Positions 48,809 to 58,515 of a stretch of DNA of 64,000 bases are shown here, in pieces. A program made the translations under genes and the position numbers. The notes beneath the pieces were generated by a model, which ran no database searches, was not told the DNA's origin, and worked only from the letters and a program-made list of their open reading frames with translations. This DNA comes from Candidatus Tectimicrobiota bacterium (GTDB taxonomy: Bacteria; JACPUC01), in NCBI GenBank assembly GCA_016192455.1, contig JACPUC010000008.1, forward strand, positions 124,001 to 188,000, read 5' to 3'. Positions within the stretch are counted from its first letter, which is position 1; every line of letters begins with the position of its first letter.

Positions 48809-49714
48809 TCAGCCGACGGCATCCTCAGGCTTGCCGGCAGACGAACGCCCCACGCGGAAGAGCGCCTGCACCACCTCGTTCCCCGCCACGAACGAGAAGC
48901 CAGCGCTCTCCAGCAGGCGGCGCAGGTTGTCGAGGCGGAAGTGCATGAGGTGCCCGAGCTGCAGGAACTGCCGGCGCCTGTCTTTCGCGGCGGCCAGGCC
49001 CGGCACCTCGACGTAGAGGACCCCGGCCGAGGCGAGGGCGTGCCGCACCGTTTCGAGGAAGGCATGCGGCTCCTCGATGTGTTCGAGCACGTGGCTGAGG
49101 ATGAGGAGATCGACCTGCTGGCGGCTTCCTTGCAGCAGCTCCACCGAGCCCACCGCCAGGTCGAGTCCCCTCGACCGCCCGTACGCAACCGCAACCGCGC
49201 TGACATCGCAGCCCCGCACCCTGCAGCCACGGCTCTGGAAGTAGGCGAGGATTCCACCGTAAGCGCACCCCACCTCGTAGACCTGCTTCCCCGAAAGCGT
49301 GACACCATGCTCTTCGAGGAAGCCGGCGATGTAGGTCCCGCGGCGGATGCCGCGCTGGAAGAGCGGCTCGCAGTGCGCCGCATCCACGCCGCGTTTGAGG
49401 CTGGCGCGGTACTCCCTCCGGTAGTAGCGCGCCAGGGAGCCGCTGGTGAGCCGCGGCGACTGCACCACCAGTCCACACTCCTGACAGGCCTGGAATCGAA
49501 GCCCCAGCAGGCCCTGACGGTAGGAGGCAGAGGGCAGCAGCACTGTCCCCGCGCAGAGGGGACACCTCTTCACCTCCTGCCAGGTGTAGGTCGTGCGCAG
49601 ACGGAGCGACTGGGCAAGATTCTCGACCCTCAGCTTCGCGGCCCGCAGCAGCGCACCACTGCTGCGGGGGCGGCTGGAGCATGCCGCCTCGCCCTCACCC
49701 CAGCGCTGGGCCAT
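48809..49714 (-). CDS. Class I SAM-dependent methyltransferase with an N-terminal Zn ribbon
   Basis: CPLC...CQECG, EVGCAYG, SHVLEH and EVP; start uncertain. Confidence 0.88.
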   Translation of the reverse strand: MAQRWGEGEAACSSRPRSSGALLRAAKLRVENLAQSLRLRTTYTWQEVKRCPLCAGTVLLPSASYRQGLLGLRFQACQECGLVVQSPRLTSGSLARYYRREYRASLKRGVDAAHCEPLFQRGIRRGTYIAGFLEEHGVTLSGKQVYEVGCAYGGILAYFQSRGCRVRGCDVSAVAVAYGRSRGLDLAVGSVELLQGSRQQVDLLILSHVLEHIEEPHAFLETVRHALASAGVLYVEVPGLAAAKDRRRQFLQLGHLMHFRLDNLRRLLESAGFSFVAGNEVVQALFRVGRSSAGKPEDAVG

Positions 49715-49761
49715 TCTCTCCCTGCTTGCGGCAGAGCCGCAGACTCCCGCTCCGCCGGCGG

Positions 49762-50775
49762 CTACTTGACGGGGACGAAATCAGCAATGATCCCCCGCGC
49801 CGGGAAGGGCGCCTTGATGTAGCCGAACTCCGCCGCCAGGTCGATGACCACTTGGAGGTGCGCGAGGCGCAGCTCCGGGGGGATTTCCGGCATCACCATC
49901 CTGCGCGCCAGCTCCGCCTTCAAGCCCGTGTTGGTCTCCAGCACCTGGGGCATCTCGTCGGGATGCGCGTTGAGGTATTCAATGGCCTTCATCAAGCCAC
50001 GGTGGAAGGTCTGCGCCTCCTCGCGGTGGGTCGCCATCCACGACTTCTTGGCGACGAACGTCGCCACCAGGAAGCGCGGCGCGATCGCTCCGTAGGGGTC
50101 GTCGAGCCGGCGCGCCACGCCGTGCCCGATCGGCAGGGCGACGAACGGCTCCGGCGCCACGACGGCCTCCACGAAGCCGTTCTTCAGGCTCGTCTCCATC
50201 TGCGGGAACGGCAGCTCGAGGGAGATGAACTTGGCATAGTCGGCGCCGCGCTTCCTGGCCAGGGCGCGCAGCCCCATGGTGATGACGCTCGGCCCGATGG
50301 TGTTGACGGCGATCTTCTTCCCTTCGAGATCCTTCACACTCTGAATTGGGGAATCCTTGCGCACCAGAAGGAGGGCGCCCGGTTTCTCGCTGTTGAAGAC
50401 CCAGCCGGGCGCCACGTACTGAATATCGAAGCCGCGCTCATGGGCGAGGATGATGGCGGTAATGTTCACGAAGCCGAAGTTGATGTCGCCCGACTCCACC
50501 GCCGGCACCGTCACCGCTCCGCCCACCATCTTCTTGATGGCGGCGGTGTAGCCGAGCTCCTTGAAGAACCCCTTGTCGTTGGCGACGAAGAGGGCCAGCG
50601 CAGGCGCGATGGGCGACGTGCCCACCTTGAAGACCTTCGACTGCGCCGCGCTCGGAACCGGCACCAGGCTGGCGCCGAGGAGGAAGACGAGGAGCCACGC
50701 GCCTCCCCGCCAGCCGGATCGCACGGCGATCGCGCTGGACCGGCGACGTTGAAGAATCTTTGCGCTCTGCTGCAT
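49762..50775 (-). CDS. ABC transporter substrate-binding protein (NMT1/SsuA-like)
   Basis: Signal peptide ending AAQ; GFF...G, DLEGKKIA and EPF. Confidence 0.85.
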   Translation of the reverse strand: MQQSAKILQRRRSSAIAVRSGWRGGAWLLVFLLGASLVPVPSAAQSKVFKVGTSPIAPALALFVANDKGFFKELGYTAAIKKMVGGAVTVPAVESGDINFGFVNITAIILAHERGFDIQYVAPGWVFNSEKPGALLLVRKDSPIQSVKDLEGKKIAVNTIGPSVITMGLRALARKRGADYAKFISLELPFPQMETSLKNGFVEAVVAPEPFVALPIGHGVARRLDDPYGAIAPRFLVATFVAKKSWMATHREEAQTFHRGLMKAIEYLNAHPDEMPQVLETNTGLKAELARRMVMPEIPPELRLAHLQVVIDLAAEFGYIKAPFPARGIIADFVPVK

Positions 50776-50903
50776 GAGGTGCTCCCTCCAGGTAGGTGGG
50801 CAAGCGGTGTGTATGTCGTGATGGGCGATGGTGGTCAACAACGGCGGTCTGCCCATTCGACCGCGCCCCGCGCGCCGGCCGACAGGAAGACGCCGGCCCC
50901 GCC

Positions 50904-51860
50904 TCAGGTTGACTGCCCCAAGACCCCACGCAGCCGCGCCGCCAGCATCGGCCAACGACGTGGCTGCGGCAGGGGAGGCAGCGTGGTCGGCTCGTAGGCA
51001 AAGCCGGACTTGTTCAGGAAGACGAGAAGCTTCTGCGTCCCGAAGAGGCAATCGGCCACGGGGGTCTCGGGGAAGTAGAGGCGCACGACGTCCGTCAGGC
51101 CCGTCTCGGCCTCCGTGACGTTGAAGGCCTGCGCCCCCTCGAGCTCCGCCTGCAAGGACGCCCGCAGCGTGTTCCGCAGGAGGCCGGCGGTTGCCACGCC
51201 GCCGGCGCCATACACAAACAGCTTCCTGGACCTAGGCTCGCCCCGTCGCGCGTCATCCCGCAACTGCAACAGACGGCGAACCCACTTAGACGTCTTCTCC
51301 CCAGCCCCGGTTAAGCGCAAGCTGATGAAGGTGAACCGTTCATCGGCGAGCGCCTCCCCCTCGCGTTCGGCGCGGGCCTTGCTCTCCCCGTACCACTTGC
51401 CGCCCCACTCGAAGAGGTTCTTGTACTCCAGGATGGAGGGATGGTCCTCATCAATCGGCAGGTAGCGGGGCACCGCCACGTCCTCGCCGGTGATCGGGCC
51501 GGTCTCCTCCCGATTGCGCATCCAGGAATCGACGCCGTAGCGTGCCAGGGAGCTGAAGAAGATGAACTTCCTCACCCCCGCCTCCTTGGCGAGGCGGAGG
51601 AGGCGGCAGGTGCCCTGGAAGTTCACCGCGTCGTAGGCTTCCGGCGAGGGGGCGCCAAGGGGACCGCGGATGGCGGCGGTGTGGATGACGTAGTCGATCC
51701 CTTTGATCTTTTCGGCAATGCTGTCCTGATCACCGAGGTCATCGCCCAACTTGAGATCGAAGCCGATGAGGTGGTAGGTGTCGCTCAAGGCGGGCTTGAT
51801 GATGGTCGTTGCTATGAGGCCCTCGCTGCCGGTGAGCAGTACAGTCTTGCGGCGCATCAT
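50904..51860 (-). CDS. NAD-dependent epimerase/dehydratase
   Basis: LLTGSEGLIA, HTAA, SS and YGESK. Confidence 0.82.
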   Translation of the reverse strand: MMRRKTVLLTGSEGLIATTIIKPALSDTYHLIGFDLKLGDDLGDQDSIAEKIKGIDYVIHTAAIRGPLGAPSPEAYDAVNFQGTCRLLRLAKEAGVRKFIFFSSLARYGVDSWMRNREETGPITGEDVAVPRYLPIDEDHPSILEYKNLFEWGGKWYGESKARAEREGEALADERFTFISLRLTGAGEKTSKWVRRLLQLRDDARRGEPRSRKLFVYGAGGVATAGLLRNTLRASLQAELEGAQAFNVTEAETGLTDVVRLYFPETPVADCLFGTQKLLVFLNKSGFAYEPTTLPPLPQPRRWPMLAARLRGVLGQST

Positions 51861-51971
51861 ACGCTCCTGTCCCGTTTCCTTCTCCACCCTGTCGTCCGCG
51901 GTCGCCACGGCGTCCAGGCTGGACCTCCGCTGCCCACCCAAACCTTCCGTCGCTCCCCTTCCCCCAACCGC

Positions 51972-52646
51972 TTAGTGCGCCGTCAATCCCGCGAACCGCC
52001 CAACCTCCGTTAAGTCCGGCAGGACGGGCACTCCCAGCTCCCGCCAGGCCTCGTGCTGCTCCGGCGTATCCCGGGCAACGAACGCCACCCCACTCCGCAG
52101 CGCCGCCTGGTAATCGGAGACGCCGTCGCCGATGAAGAGCGCTTCGCGCGGCTGCAGCGCGAAGTCGCGCAGAATGGTCTCGACAATCTCGACCTTGCCG
52201 CGGGGCGCCCCCCAGACGCCGCTGAAGAACTTGCCCAGCCTCCGTTCCTCGATGATGAAGCGCAGCTCCTCCTCCGGAGTTCCGGAGGCGACAAAGAGAA
52301 GGCAGCGCGAATAGAGCGCATCCAGGGTCTCGCAGGCGCCGGGCACGAACGGGCAGCGCAGGAGCTTGTCGAGCACCAGCGCCGAGAACCGTTCTCCCAG
52401 CGCCTCGCCCTCCGCCGCGGAGAGCTCGCGCCGCAACAGTTCCCGGTAAATCCAGGCAAACTTGGCGTGGCGGGAGACCCCTAGGTTCTCCAGGTGGTAG
52501 CGCAGAATCGCCGGCTGGTGCTCGGGGTAGCTCGCGAAGAGCTCGAGAAAGGCGGACGTTTTGATGGAGTTCGATTCCAGGATCACCCCATCGAAGTCGA
52601 AGATGATCGCTCGCAGCTCTTGCCCTACCACTCGCTGGCTGTTCAT
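51972..52646 (-). CDS. HAD family phosphatase
   Basis: FDFDGV, SGTP, K and IGD..SD. Confidence 0.88.
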   Translation of the reverse strand: MNSQRVVGQELRAIIFDFDGVILESNSIKTSAFLELFASYPEHQPAILRYHLENLGVSRHAKFAWIYRELLRRELSAAEGEALGERFSALVLDKLLRCPFVPGACETLDALYSRCLLFVASGTPEEELRFIIEERRLGKFFSGVWGAPRGKVEIVETILRDFALQPREALFIGDGVSDYQAALRSGVAFVARDTPEQHEAWRELGVPVLPDLTEVGRFAGLTAH

Positions 52647-53365
52647 CAGAGGTTCTTGATGTGCGGCTCGTGGCTCAGCCACCACTCCCCCACGCTCACA
52701 TCGAGCAGCGTGTGGATGTCGCGTCCCGTCACCCAGTTTCTGATGATGGGATGACAGCGCTTGCCCATCCACCACCAGGGGTTGGGACCCTCCCGCCGCT
52801 GCACGCACTCCTTGCGAAAGGCCCAGATGCCCTGGTCGTAGTAGTACGCCTTGGCGTACGACTGGCGCTCGGTGGAGACCTGCCGGTGCGGATCACCCCA
52901 CGGACGCAGGCGCCCCTCGTGGATCTCCAGGGCGCGCAGGGGGTGGTCATCCGCCGCCTCCCAGACGGTCATCACGGAATCCAGCTCCGGCTGCGCTGCA
53001 AGGATGCCCATGGCTTCATCAATGAGCGCCGCGTCCACCATGACGGTGTTGCCAAGGAGGAGGACGACGTTGCGCAGCTCGGGGCGCTCCGCGGCGACAA
53101 CCTCGACCGCGTGCTTGATCACCTCGCCGTGGTTCACGTGGTCACCGCTCAGTTCCTCGGGGCGGTCGATGATCCGGCAGCCAAGACACCGCCCCACCGC
53201 CGCAATGGCGGGGCCGTCGGTCGACAGGTAGACCACGCTGATCGAATGCGCCGCCAGGGCGGCCCGCAGCGGGTACGCCACGAGCGGCCGGCCGCCCACC
53301 TCGTAGACGTTCTTGTTGTGGATCGACTTGCTGCCGGCGCGCGCCGTGATGATGGCGGCGTTCAT
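52646..53365 (-). CDS. Second cytidylyltransferase (NeuA/KdsB-like)
   Basis: TARAGSK...KN, STD, RP.EL and DIH. Confidence 0.85.
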   Translation of the reverse strand: MNAAIITARAGSKSIHNKNVYEVGGRPLVAYPLRAALAAHSISVVYLSTDGPAIAAVGRCLGCRIIDRPEELSGDHVNHGEVIKHAVEVVAAERPELRNVVLLLGNTVMVDAALIDEAMGILAAQPELDSVMTVWEAADDHPLRALEIHEGRLRPWGDPHRQVSTERQSYAKAYYYDQGIWAFRKECVQRREGPNPWWWMGKRCHPIIRNWVTGRDIHTLLDVSVGEWWLSHEPHIKNL

Positions 53366-53372
53366 CGTTCGC

Positions 53373-54284
53373 TCAGGTCCTCGATCCTTCCTCGGCGGCG
53401 GAGGACGAGAGGTCGTGGTGGAGCTGCTCGAGGAGCTGCAGGATGCCTTGTCCCATGTCCACGTAAGAAGAGGAGGTCAGTTTGCGCCCCAGCCGCGGGG
53501 TGTAGGCGTAGGGAGTGACGCGGTAGTGGCCGTCCTGCTCCTCGCCCACCGGCGAGACGTACTCGATCTCCAGCTCCCGGCCCAGAATCTCGCTGAACAT
53601 CGTAAAGAGGTCAGCGAGACGCGTCGAGGAGTGCCCGGTGATGATGATGTGCTGGTTGACGTACTCCTCGGCCAGCGCCTCGACGCTGAGGCGCGCCGCA
53701 TCCTCGACGTGCACGTACTCGCGGCTGTCCTGCGGCGTGCCGACGTGGCGGATGCGCCCTTCGAGCAGCGCTTGGCGCAGCAGGCGGTAGACGCCGTTGC
53801 GCTCATCGGCGCGCGGCCCGTAGAGGCTGCCGTAGCGCAGGATCGTGTACTCCAGCCCGGAGGTGCGGAAGTACTCCTCGATGAAGGCTTCGCAGGCCTG
53901 CTTGCTGCAGCGGTAGAACCCCCCCTGGCGGCTGTAGACATAGACTGTGCTGGCGAACATGAAACGCTGCGTCCCGGCACGGCGCGCCGCTTCCAGGGCA
54001 TTGATCGTCCCCAGGATGTTGAGGCGGGCGGTTGCAAACGGTTCCCGCCGCGCCGTCGTAAGGTCCGCAAGCGCCGCCAGGTGGAAGATCACCTCGCAGC
54101 CTGCCGCCGCCGCTTCGAGGCCGGCGCCATCGAGCACGTCGCCGACGACCATCTGCTGGTTCGAACGCAGGTGGGGCGACGGCCGCGTATCGAAGAGAGT
54201 GACCGCGTAGCCGCGCGTCGAGAGCGTGTCGGCAATATGGCTGCCGAGGAAGCCGGAGCCGCCGGTGACAAGCGCGCGTCTCAT
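53373..54284 (-). CDS. NAD-dependent epimerase/dehydratase
   Basis: TGGSGFLG, ASTVYV, YRCSK and RYGSLYG. Confidence 0.9.
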   Translation of the reverse strand: MRRALVTGGSGFLGSHIADTLSTRGYAVTLFDTRPSPHLRSNQQMVVGDVLDGAGLEAAAAGCEVIFHLAALADLTTARREPFATARLNILGTINALEAARRAGTQRFMFASTVYVYSRQGGFYRCSKQACEAFIEEYFRTSGLEYTILRYGSLYGPRADERNGVYRLLRQALLEGRIRHVGTPQDSREYVHVEDAARLSVEALAEEYVNQHIIITGHSSTRLADLFTMFSEILGRELEIEYVSPVGEEQDGHYRVTPYAYTPRLGRKLTSSSYVDMGQGILQLLEQLHHDLSSSAAEEGSRT

Positions 54285-55219
54285 GCGCCCCTCTCATTGC
54301 GGAAGAACCGCAGCACGTTCTCCACCGCCTCGACTTCCATGCGGACGCGGCACTCGGCCGCGTAGGAGCCGATGTGCGGCGACAGGAGGACGTTGGGCAG
54401 CTCGGTCAAGGGCCCCACATAGGGTTCAAGCTCAAAGGTGTCGAGGTAGGCGCCCGCCAGCCTCCCGGCCCGCAGGAGCTCGTAGAGCGCCTGCTCGTCG
54501 ACGAGGCCGCCCCGCGCGCAGTTGACGAGGATCGCCCCCGGCTTCATCACCGACAACGTGGCCCGGTCCAGCAGGTGGTGCAGCGTGGGGCTGTAGGCGC
54601 AGTGCAGGGTGAGGATTTCCGCCTCCTGCACCACCTTCGCAAAGTCGGTGTAGGAGACGCCGTACTGCGCGGCGAAGGCGTCGTCGCGCTGCGGATCGAA
54701 GGCCAGGAGGCGCACCGCGAAGGGTTGCAGGAGCTTGACCACCGCCTTGCCGACGCGGCCCAAGCCGATGATCCCCACGGTCCTGCCGCGCAGCAGCCCC
54801 CCCATCGGCTTCTCCCACGCCCCCGCGCGCAGCCGCCGATCTGCCTCGCCCAGGCGCCGCAGCACGTTCAGCATGCCGGCGAGGGTCACCTCGGCGGCGC
54901 CGTCGACAGGGGCTTCGGGGGTCGTGCAGACCCGCAGCCCGCGCTCCGCGGCGGCCTCGAGGTCGATGTTGTCGACCCCCGTGCCGCAGCGGGAGATGAT
55001 GCGCAGGCGCGGCGCCTGCTCCAGGACGGCGCGGTCCAGCCGCTCGGTGCCGGCGATAACGCCGTGCGCCTCCCGCAGCAGCTCCATGCTCTCCTCCGCC
55101 CGCAGCTTGCGGCCATAGGGATTCAGCGCGTACTCCGCGCCGAAGGCCTCGAGCAGCTCCAGCGGCCGGCGACTCATGACGCCGAACGAGGAGGTGGAGA
55201 TGACGATGCGCGGTTTCAT
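54281..55219 (-). CDS. D-isomer-specific 2-hydroxyacid dehydrogenase (phosphoglycerate dehydrogenase-like, no ACT domain)
   Basis: G.G.DN, GLGRVG, N.ARG, D.F..EP and PHIG. Confidence 0.9.
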   Translation of the reverse strand: MKPRIVISTSSFGVMSRRPLELLEAFGAEYALNPYGRKLRAEESMELLREAHGVIAGTERLDRAVLEQAPRLRIISRCGTGVDNIDLEAAAERGLRVCTTPEAPVDGAAEVTLAGMLNVLRRLGEADRRLRAGAWEKPMGGLLRGRTVGIIGLGRVGKAVVKLLQPFAVRLLAFDPQRDDAFAAQYGVSYTDFAKVVQEAEILTLHCAYSPTLHHLLDRATLSVMKPGAILVNCARGGLVDEQALYELLRAGRLAGAYLDTFELEPYVGPLTELPNVLLSPHIGSYAAECRVRMEVEAVENVLRFFRNERGA

Positions 55220-55390
55220 GATCCGTCTCGTTTCGTGGGCGCCCGGCTCTTCAAGGCTTCTTGCGCCAACCCGCGCCTCGGCGGCGTTCATCACCGCGGG
55301 ATGCCTCTGGAAGGAAGCCTCAGAAGGGCTCGGGTGCCGCCTGCCGCAGCTCGCCACGCCGCTCTCCGGCCGGGCAGCCGTAGCCCCCCT

Positions 55391-57403
55391 CTACTTCGCC
55401 GCGCCCGGCTGGCGGGCCGTGTCGAGCATGCCATCCTCTTGCAGCTTGATCAAGTGGAAGTAGAGGGATTTCTCTTCCATGAGCATGGCGTGGGTCCCCG
55501 CCTCGTGCACCCGGCCACGGTGGAGCACGGAGATCCAGTCGAAATCCCGCACGGCGCTCAAGCGGTGCGCGGCGGCGATGACGATGCGGTTGCGCTTCAG
55601 CGCCTCGAGGCTGCGGTAGATGCGCATCTCGGTGTCGTAGTCGAGGGCGTTCGTCGCCTCGTCGAGGAGGAGGATGGGGGCGTCCTGGAGGAAGACGCGG
55701 GCGAGGCCGAGCCGCTGCCGCTCTCCCCCCGAGACGGTGAGGCCGCGCTCGCCCACGCCGGTCTCCAAGCCCTGCGGCAGGGAGCGCACGAACTCCTCGG
55801 CGGCGGCCAGGCGAAGGGCCTCCCAAATCTCCGCCTCGCTCGCCTCCGGCCGGAAGTAGGCGACGTTGGCCCGCACCGTGTCATGGAAGATGATCGGCTC
55901 CTGGTTCACGTAGCCGAGGAGTCGGCGGTAGTCCGCCGCGTCGAGTTCCGCCAGCGGCACATCGTTGATGCGGACCTCTCCGGCGCCCGGCCAACGCAAC
56001 CCCGAGAGGAGGTCCAGGAGGGTTGACTTGCCGGAGCCTGAAAAACCCACCAGCGCCGACAGGCGGCCGGCGGGGAACTCCAGGCTGATCCCCTCGAGGG
56101 CGGGCGCCGGGGCGGTGCGGTAGCGGTAGCTCACCTTCCGCACCGCCAGGTGCGTGATCGGCCCCGCCGGCAAGCCGGCCCGCGCTCCGGCCGCTGCCGG
56201 CTCCCGTATCGTTTCCTTCTGCCGCGCCTGGGCCGCGGTTCCATCGGTCGTTTCGCGCCGGGTGGGAGCTGCGGCTTCGTTGTTCAAGAGAAGCTGCACA
56301 ACCCGCGCCAGCGGGCCATAGGTCTCGATGACCGAGGTGCGCGTCTGGTGCAGGCCGGTGATGGCGTTCAAGGTCCGCGTCAACAGGAAGAGGTAGGCGA
56401 GAATCCTGCCGGGGTCGCCGAGGAGGGCGGCGCCGTCCCGCGCCAGCCAGAGGTAGAGGAAAACAAGGAGGAGGACGACGGCGCCGGCAAGCTCCTGCCC
56501 CAGCATCGAGACGCCCCGCAGCAGCACCTGCTGGATGGTCTGGCGCTCGAAGTGGCGATGCTCCTTGAAGTAGCGGCGCTTCTCCCACTCCTCCATGCCG
56601 CCGATCCGGATCATCTTGATGCCGTAGATGATCTGGTGGAAGAAATGCGACAGGCGGTTCTTCGACAGGTTGGCTATCCAGCTCTTTTCTTTCAGCCGCG
56701 CGTCAATCCGGGTATGCAGGGCAAAGAAGAGCGCCGCGGCGACGAAGACGACGAGCGTGAAATCCCAGTAGAGGTAGGCCAGGGAGAGCGCGAAGATGAG
56801 GGTGAGGATGCCGTAAGTAAAGAACTCACAACCGAGCGCAATGATGTTGGAGAACCGGCTCACCTCCGTGTTCATGAGGAAGATGAGTTCCCCGCTCGAC
56901 GCTTGCGAGAAGAAGTCGAGATCAAAAGAGAAAATCTTCCCCAGGGCGGCGGCCCGCAGGTCGCGGATGACGCGGAGCTGCAGGCGGGCCAGGAGCCAGA
57001 CGTTGAGGAGCTTCACCCCCGCGGTCAGGAGCACGGCGCCGAGCAGCAGGAGGAAGAGGAGGATGAGGAACCCCTCGCGCGTCGCGGCCGGCGCCCAGCG
57101 GCCAAGATCGTAGGTCCGGCCGAGGAGGGAGAAGGAGAGGAGCCGCGCCAGCTCCGCCGGCGAGGCCACGAGGCCCTTGATCACCCCCACCATGAGGAGC
57201 GCCTTCATCCCCTGGAGGGCGGCGAGCCCGAACGACAACCCTGTGAGGATCGCGAAGGCGAAGGCGTGCGGGCGCAGGAAGGAGCGCAGCACCCGCGCCT
57301 CGTCCGCCGTGAAGATGCGCCAGAGAACCGGCTTCCTGCGCCAGAGGCCGATGCGCGCCTCGTCCGCCTGCACGTTGCGGTTGTAGTTGTTGAGTTCGAC
57401 CAT
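55391..57403 (-). CDS. ABC transporter permease/ATPase fusion (PglK/MsbA-like glycan exporter)
   Basis: N-terminal TM domain; GFSGSGKST, SGGERQR, LDEAT and AHR. Confidence 0.9.
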   Translation of the reverse strand: MVELNNYNRNVQADEARIGLWRRKPVLWRIFTADEARVLRSFLRPHAFAFAILTGLSFGLAALQGMKALLMVGVIKGLVASPAELARLLSFSLLGRTYDLGRWAPAATREGFLILLFLLLLGAVLLTAGVKLLNVWLLARLQLRVIRDLRAAALGKIFSFDLDFFSQASSGELIFLMNTEVSRFSNIIALGCEFFTYGILTLIFALSLAYLYWDFTLVVFVAAALFFALHTRIDARLKEKSWIANLSKNRLSHFFHQIIYGIKMIRIGGMEEWEKRRYFKEHRHFERQTIQQVLLRGVSMLGQELAGAVVLLLVFLYLWLARDGAALLGDPGRILAYLFLLTRTLNAITGLHQTRTSVIETYGPLARVVQLLLNNEAAAPTRRETTDGTAAQARQKETIREPAAAGARAGLPAGPITHLAVRKVSYRYRTAPAPALEGISLEFPAGRLSALVGFSGSGKSTLLDLLSGLRWPGAGEVRINDVPLAELDAADYRRLLGYVNQEPIIFHDTVRANVAYFRPEASEAEIWEALRLAAAEEFVRSLPQGLETGVGERGLTVSGGERQRLGLARVFLQDAPILLLDEATNALDYDTEMRIYRSLEALKRNRIVIAAAHRLSAVRDFDWISVLHRGRVHEAGTHAMLMEEKSLYFHLIKLQEDGMLDTARQPGAAK

Positions 57404-57504
57404 CCGTTCAGGACATCCTTACGCGCTGGTCCAAGGCGTTGCAGGAGGCCCGCCCGCAACCCCCATGGCGCCTCTGTGACCAGAGGGGGGCAGGCGCCTA
57501 ACCA

Positions 57505-58515
57505 TCAAGTAGGAAGCCCGAGGGAGGAGCGGATGAAGCGATGCCATCTCGCCGCGCATATCTCCCAGGTCCACTTCGCCTCGATTTCCGCGCGACTTTG
57601 CGCCCCCATGCGTCTCAGGAGCTGCCGGTCCTCGTGCAGCTCGGCAAGCCTGGCGGTGATGCTCTCGAGACGCCGCTCGATGAAGAAGCCGTTGACGCCG
57701 TCTTGAATAAGCTCCTCGCAGCCGCCCACGGGCGTCGTGACGATGGGCCGCCCGCAGGCCGCCGCTTCGAGGACGGCAAGCGAGAAGCCCTCGGACCTGG
57801 AGGCGCAGACGTAGACATCACTGGCGTTGTAGAACCGCGGCATCTTCTCATGAGGAACGTAGCAGCCCTCCTCCGGCATGGCGATGCGGACATCGAGCCA
57901 GGAGACCTGCCGCAGCGGTTCGATGAACTCACTGATGCCCTCTTTCCAGTCGCGCTTCTTCGTTCCCGCGTAGCAAACGCGCAGCGGCCCCGAGCTGCTC
58001 AACGGCTCCACCGACGTGAAGGCCTTGTGGTCCACTCCGTTCGGGGTGTAGGCCACGCCGTCGAGGCCGGCTTCGCGGAAGAGCTGCGCCAGCCGCTGAC
58101 TCACCGCGTTCACGCCGCGGTACCTGGCGAGGAACTCGACGAGCGGCGCCGGCGGCGGGACGTAGGAGCCGGGATCGGTGCGGCGCTCGTCCCAGTCGTG
58201 GTGCCCGTGGATGCCGGTGATCGTGCGGCTCGGCTCGAGGAAGGAGAAGCGCTCGCGGAGGTGGGTCACCGTGCTGGGCTTGCGGGACCGGAACCGCCGC
58301 AGGTACCAAGGCGGATCGAGGTCGGCGAGGAGCGACCAGTGCATGGCGAAGTAGGCGTCGTAATCGCGGCTCACTTCCGCCAGCGGGCGCGTGGTGTCCT
58401 TAAGATAGGCGACGCCGAACTCGACCTCATCGCCGACGGGGTTGCCGAGCAACGCCTTGGCGATGGCGTCGAAGGCCCAGCCGGGACGGTCGAGGATGAG
58501 GAGCACCCTGATCAC
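57505..58515 (-). CDS. Glycosyltransferase family 4
   Basis: PNGVD and SEGF...LEAAACG.P; start trimmed to GTG 58515. Confidence 0.85.
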   Translation of the reverse strand: MIRVLLILDRPGWAFDAIAKALLGNPVGDEVEFGVAYLKDTTRPLAEVSRDYDAYFAMHWSLLADLDPPWYLRRFRSRKPSTVTHLRERFSFLEPSRTITGIHGHHDWDERRTDPGSYVPPPAPLVEFLARYRGVNAVSQRLAQLFREAGLDGVAYTPNGVDHKAFTSVEPLSSSGPLRVCYAGTKKRDWKEGISEFIEPLRQVSWLDVRIAMPEEGCYVPHEKMPRFYNASDVYVCASRSEGFSLAVLEAAACGRPIVTTPVGGCEELIQDGVNGFFIERRLESITARLAELHEDRQLLRRMGAQSRAEIEAKWTWEICAARWHRFIRSSLGLPT

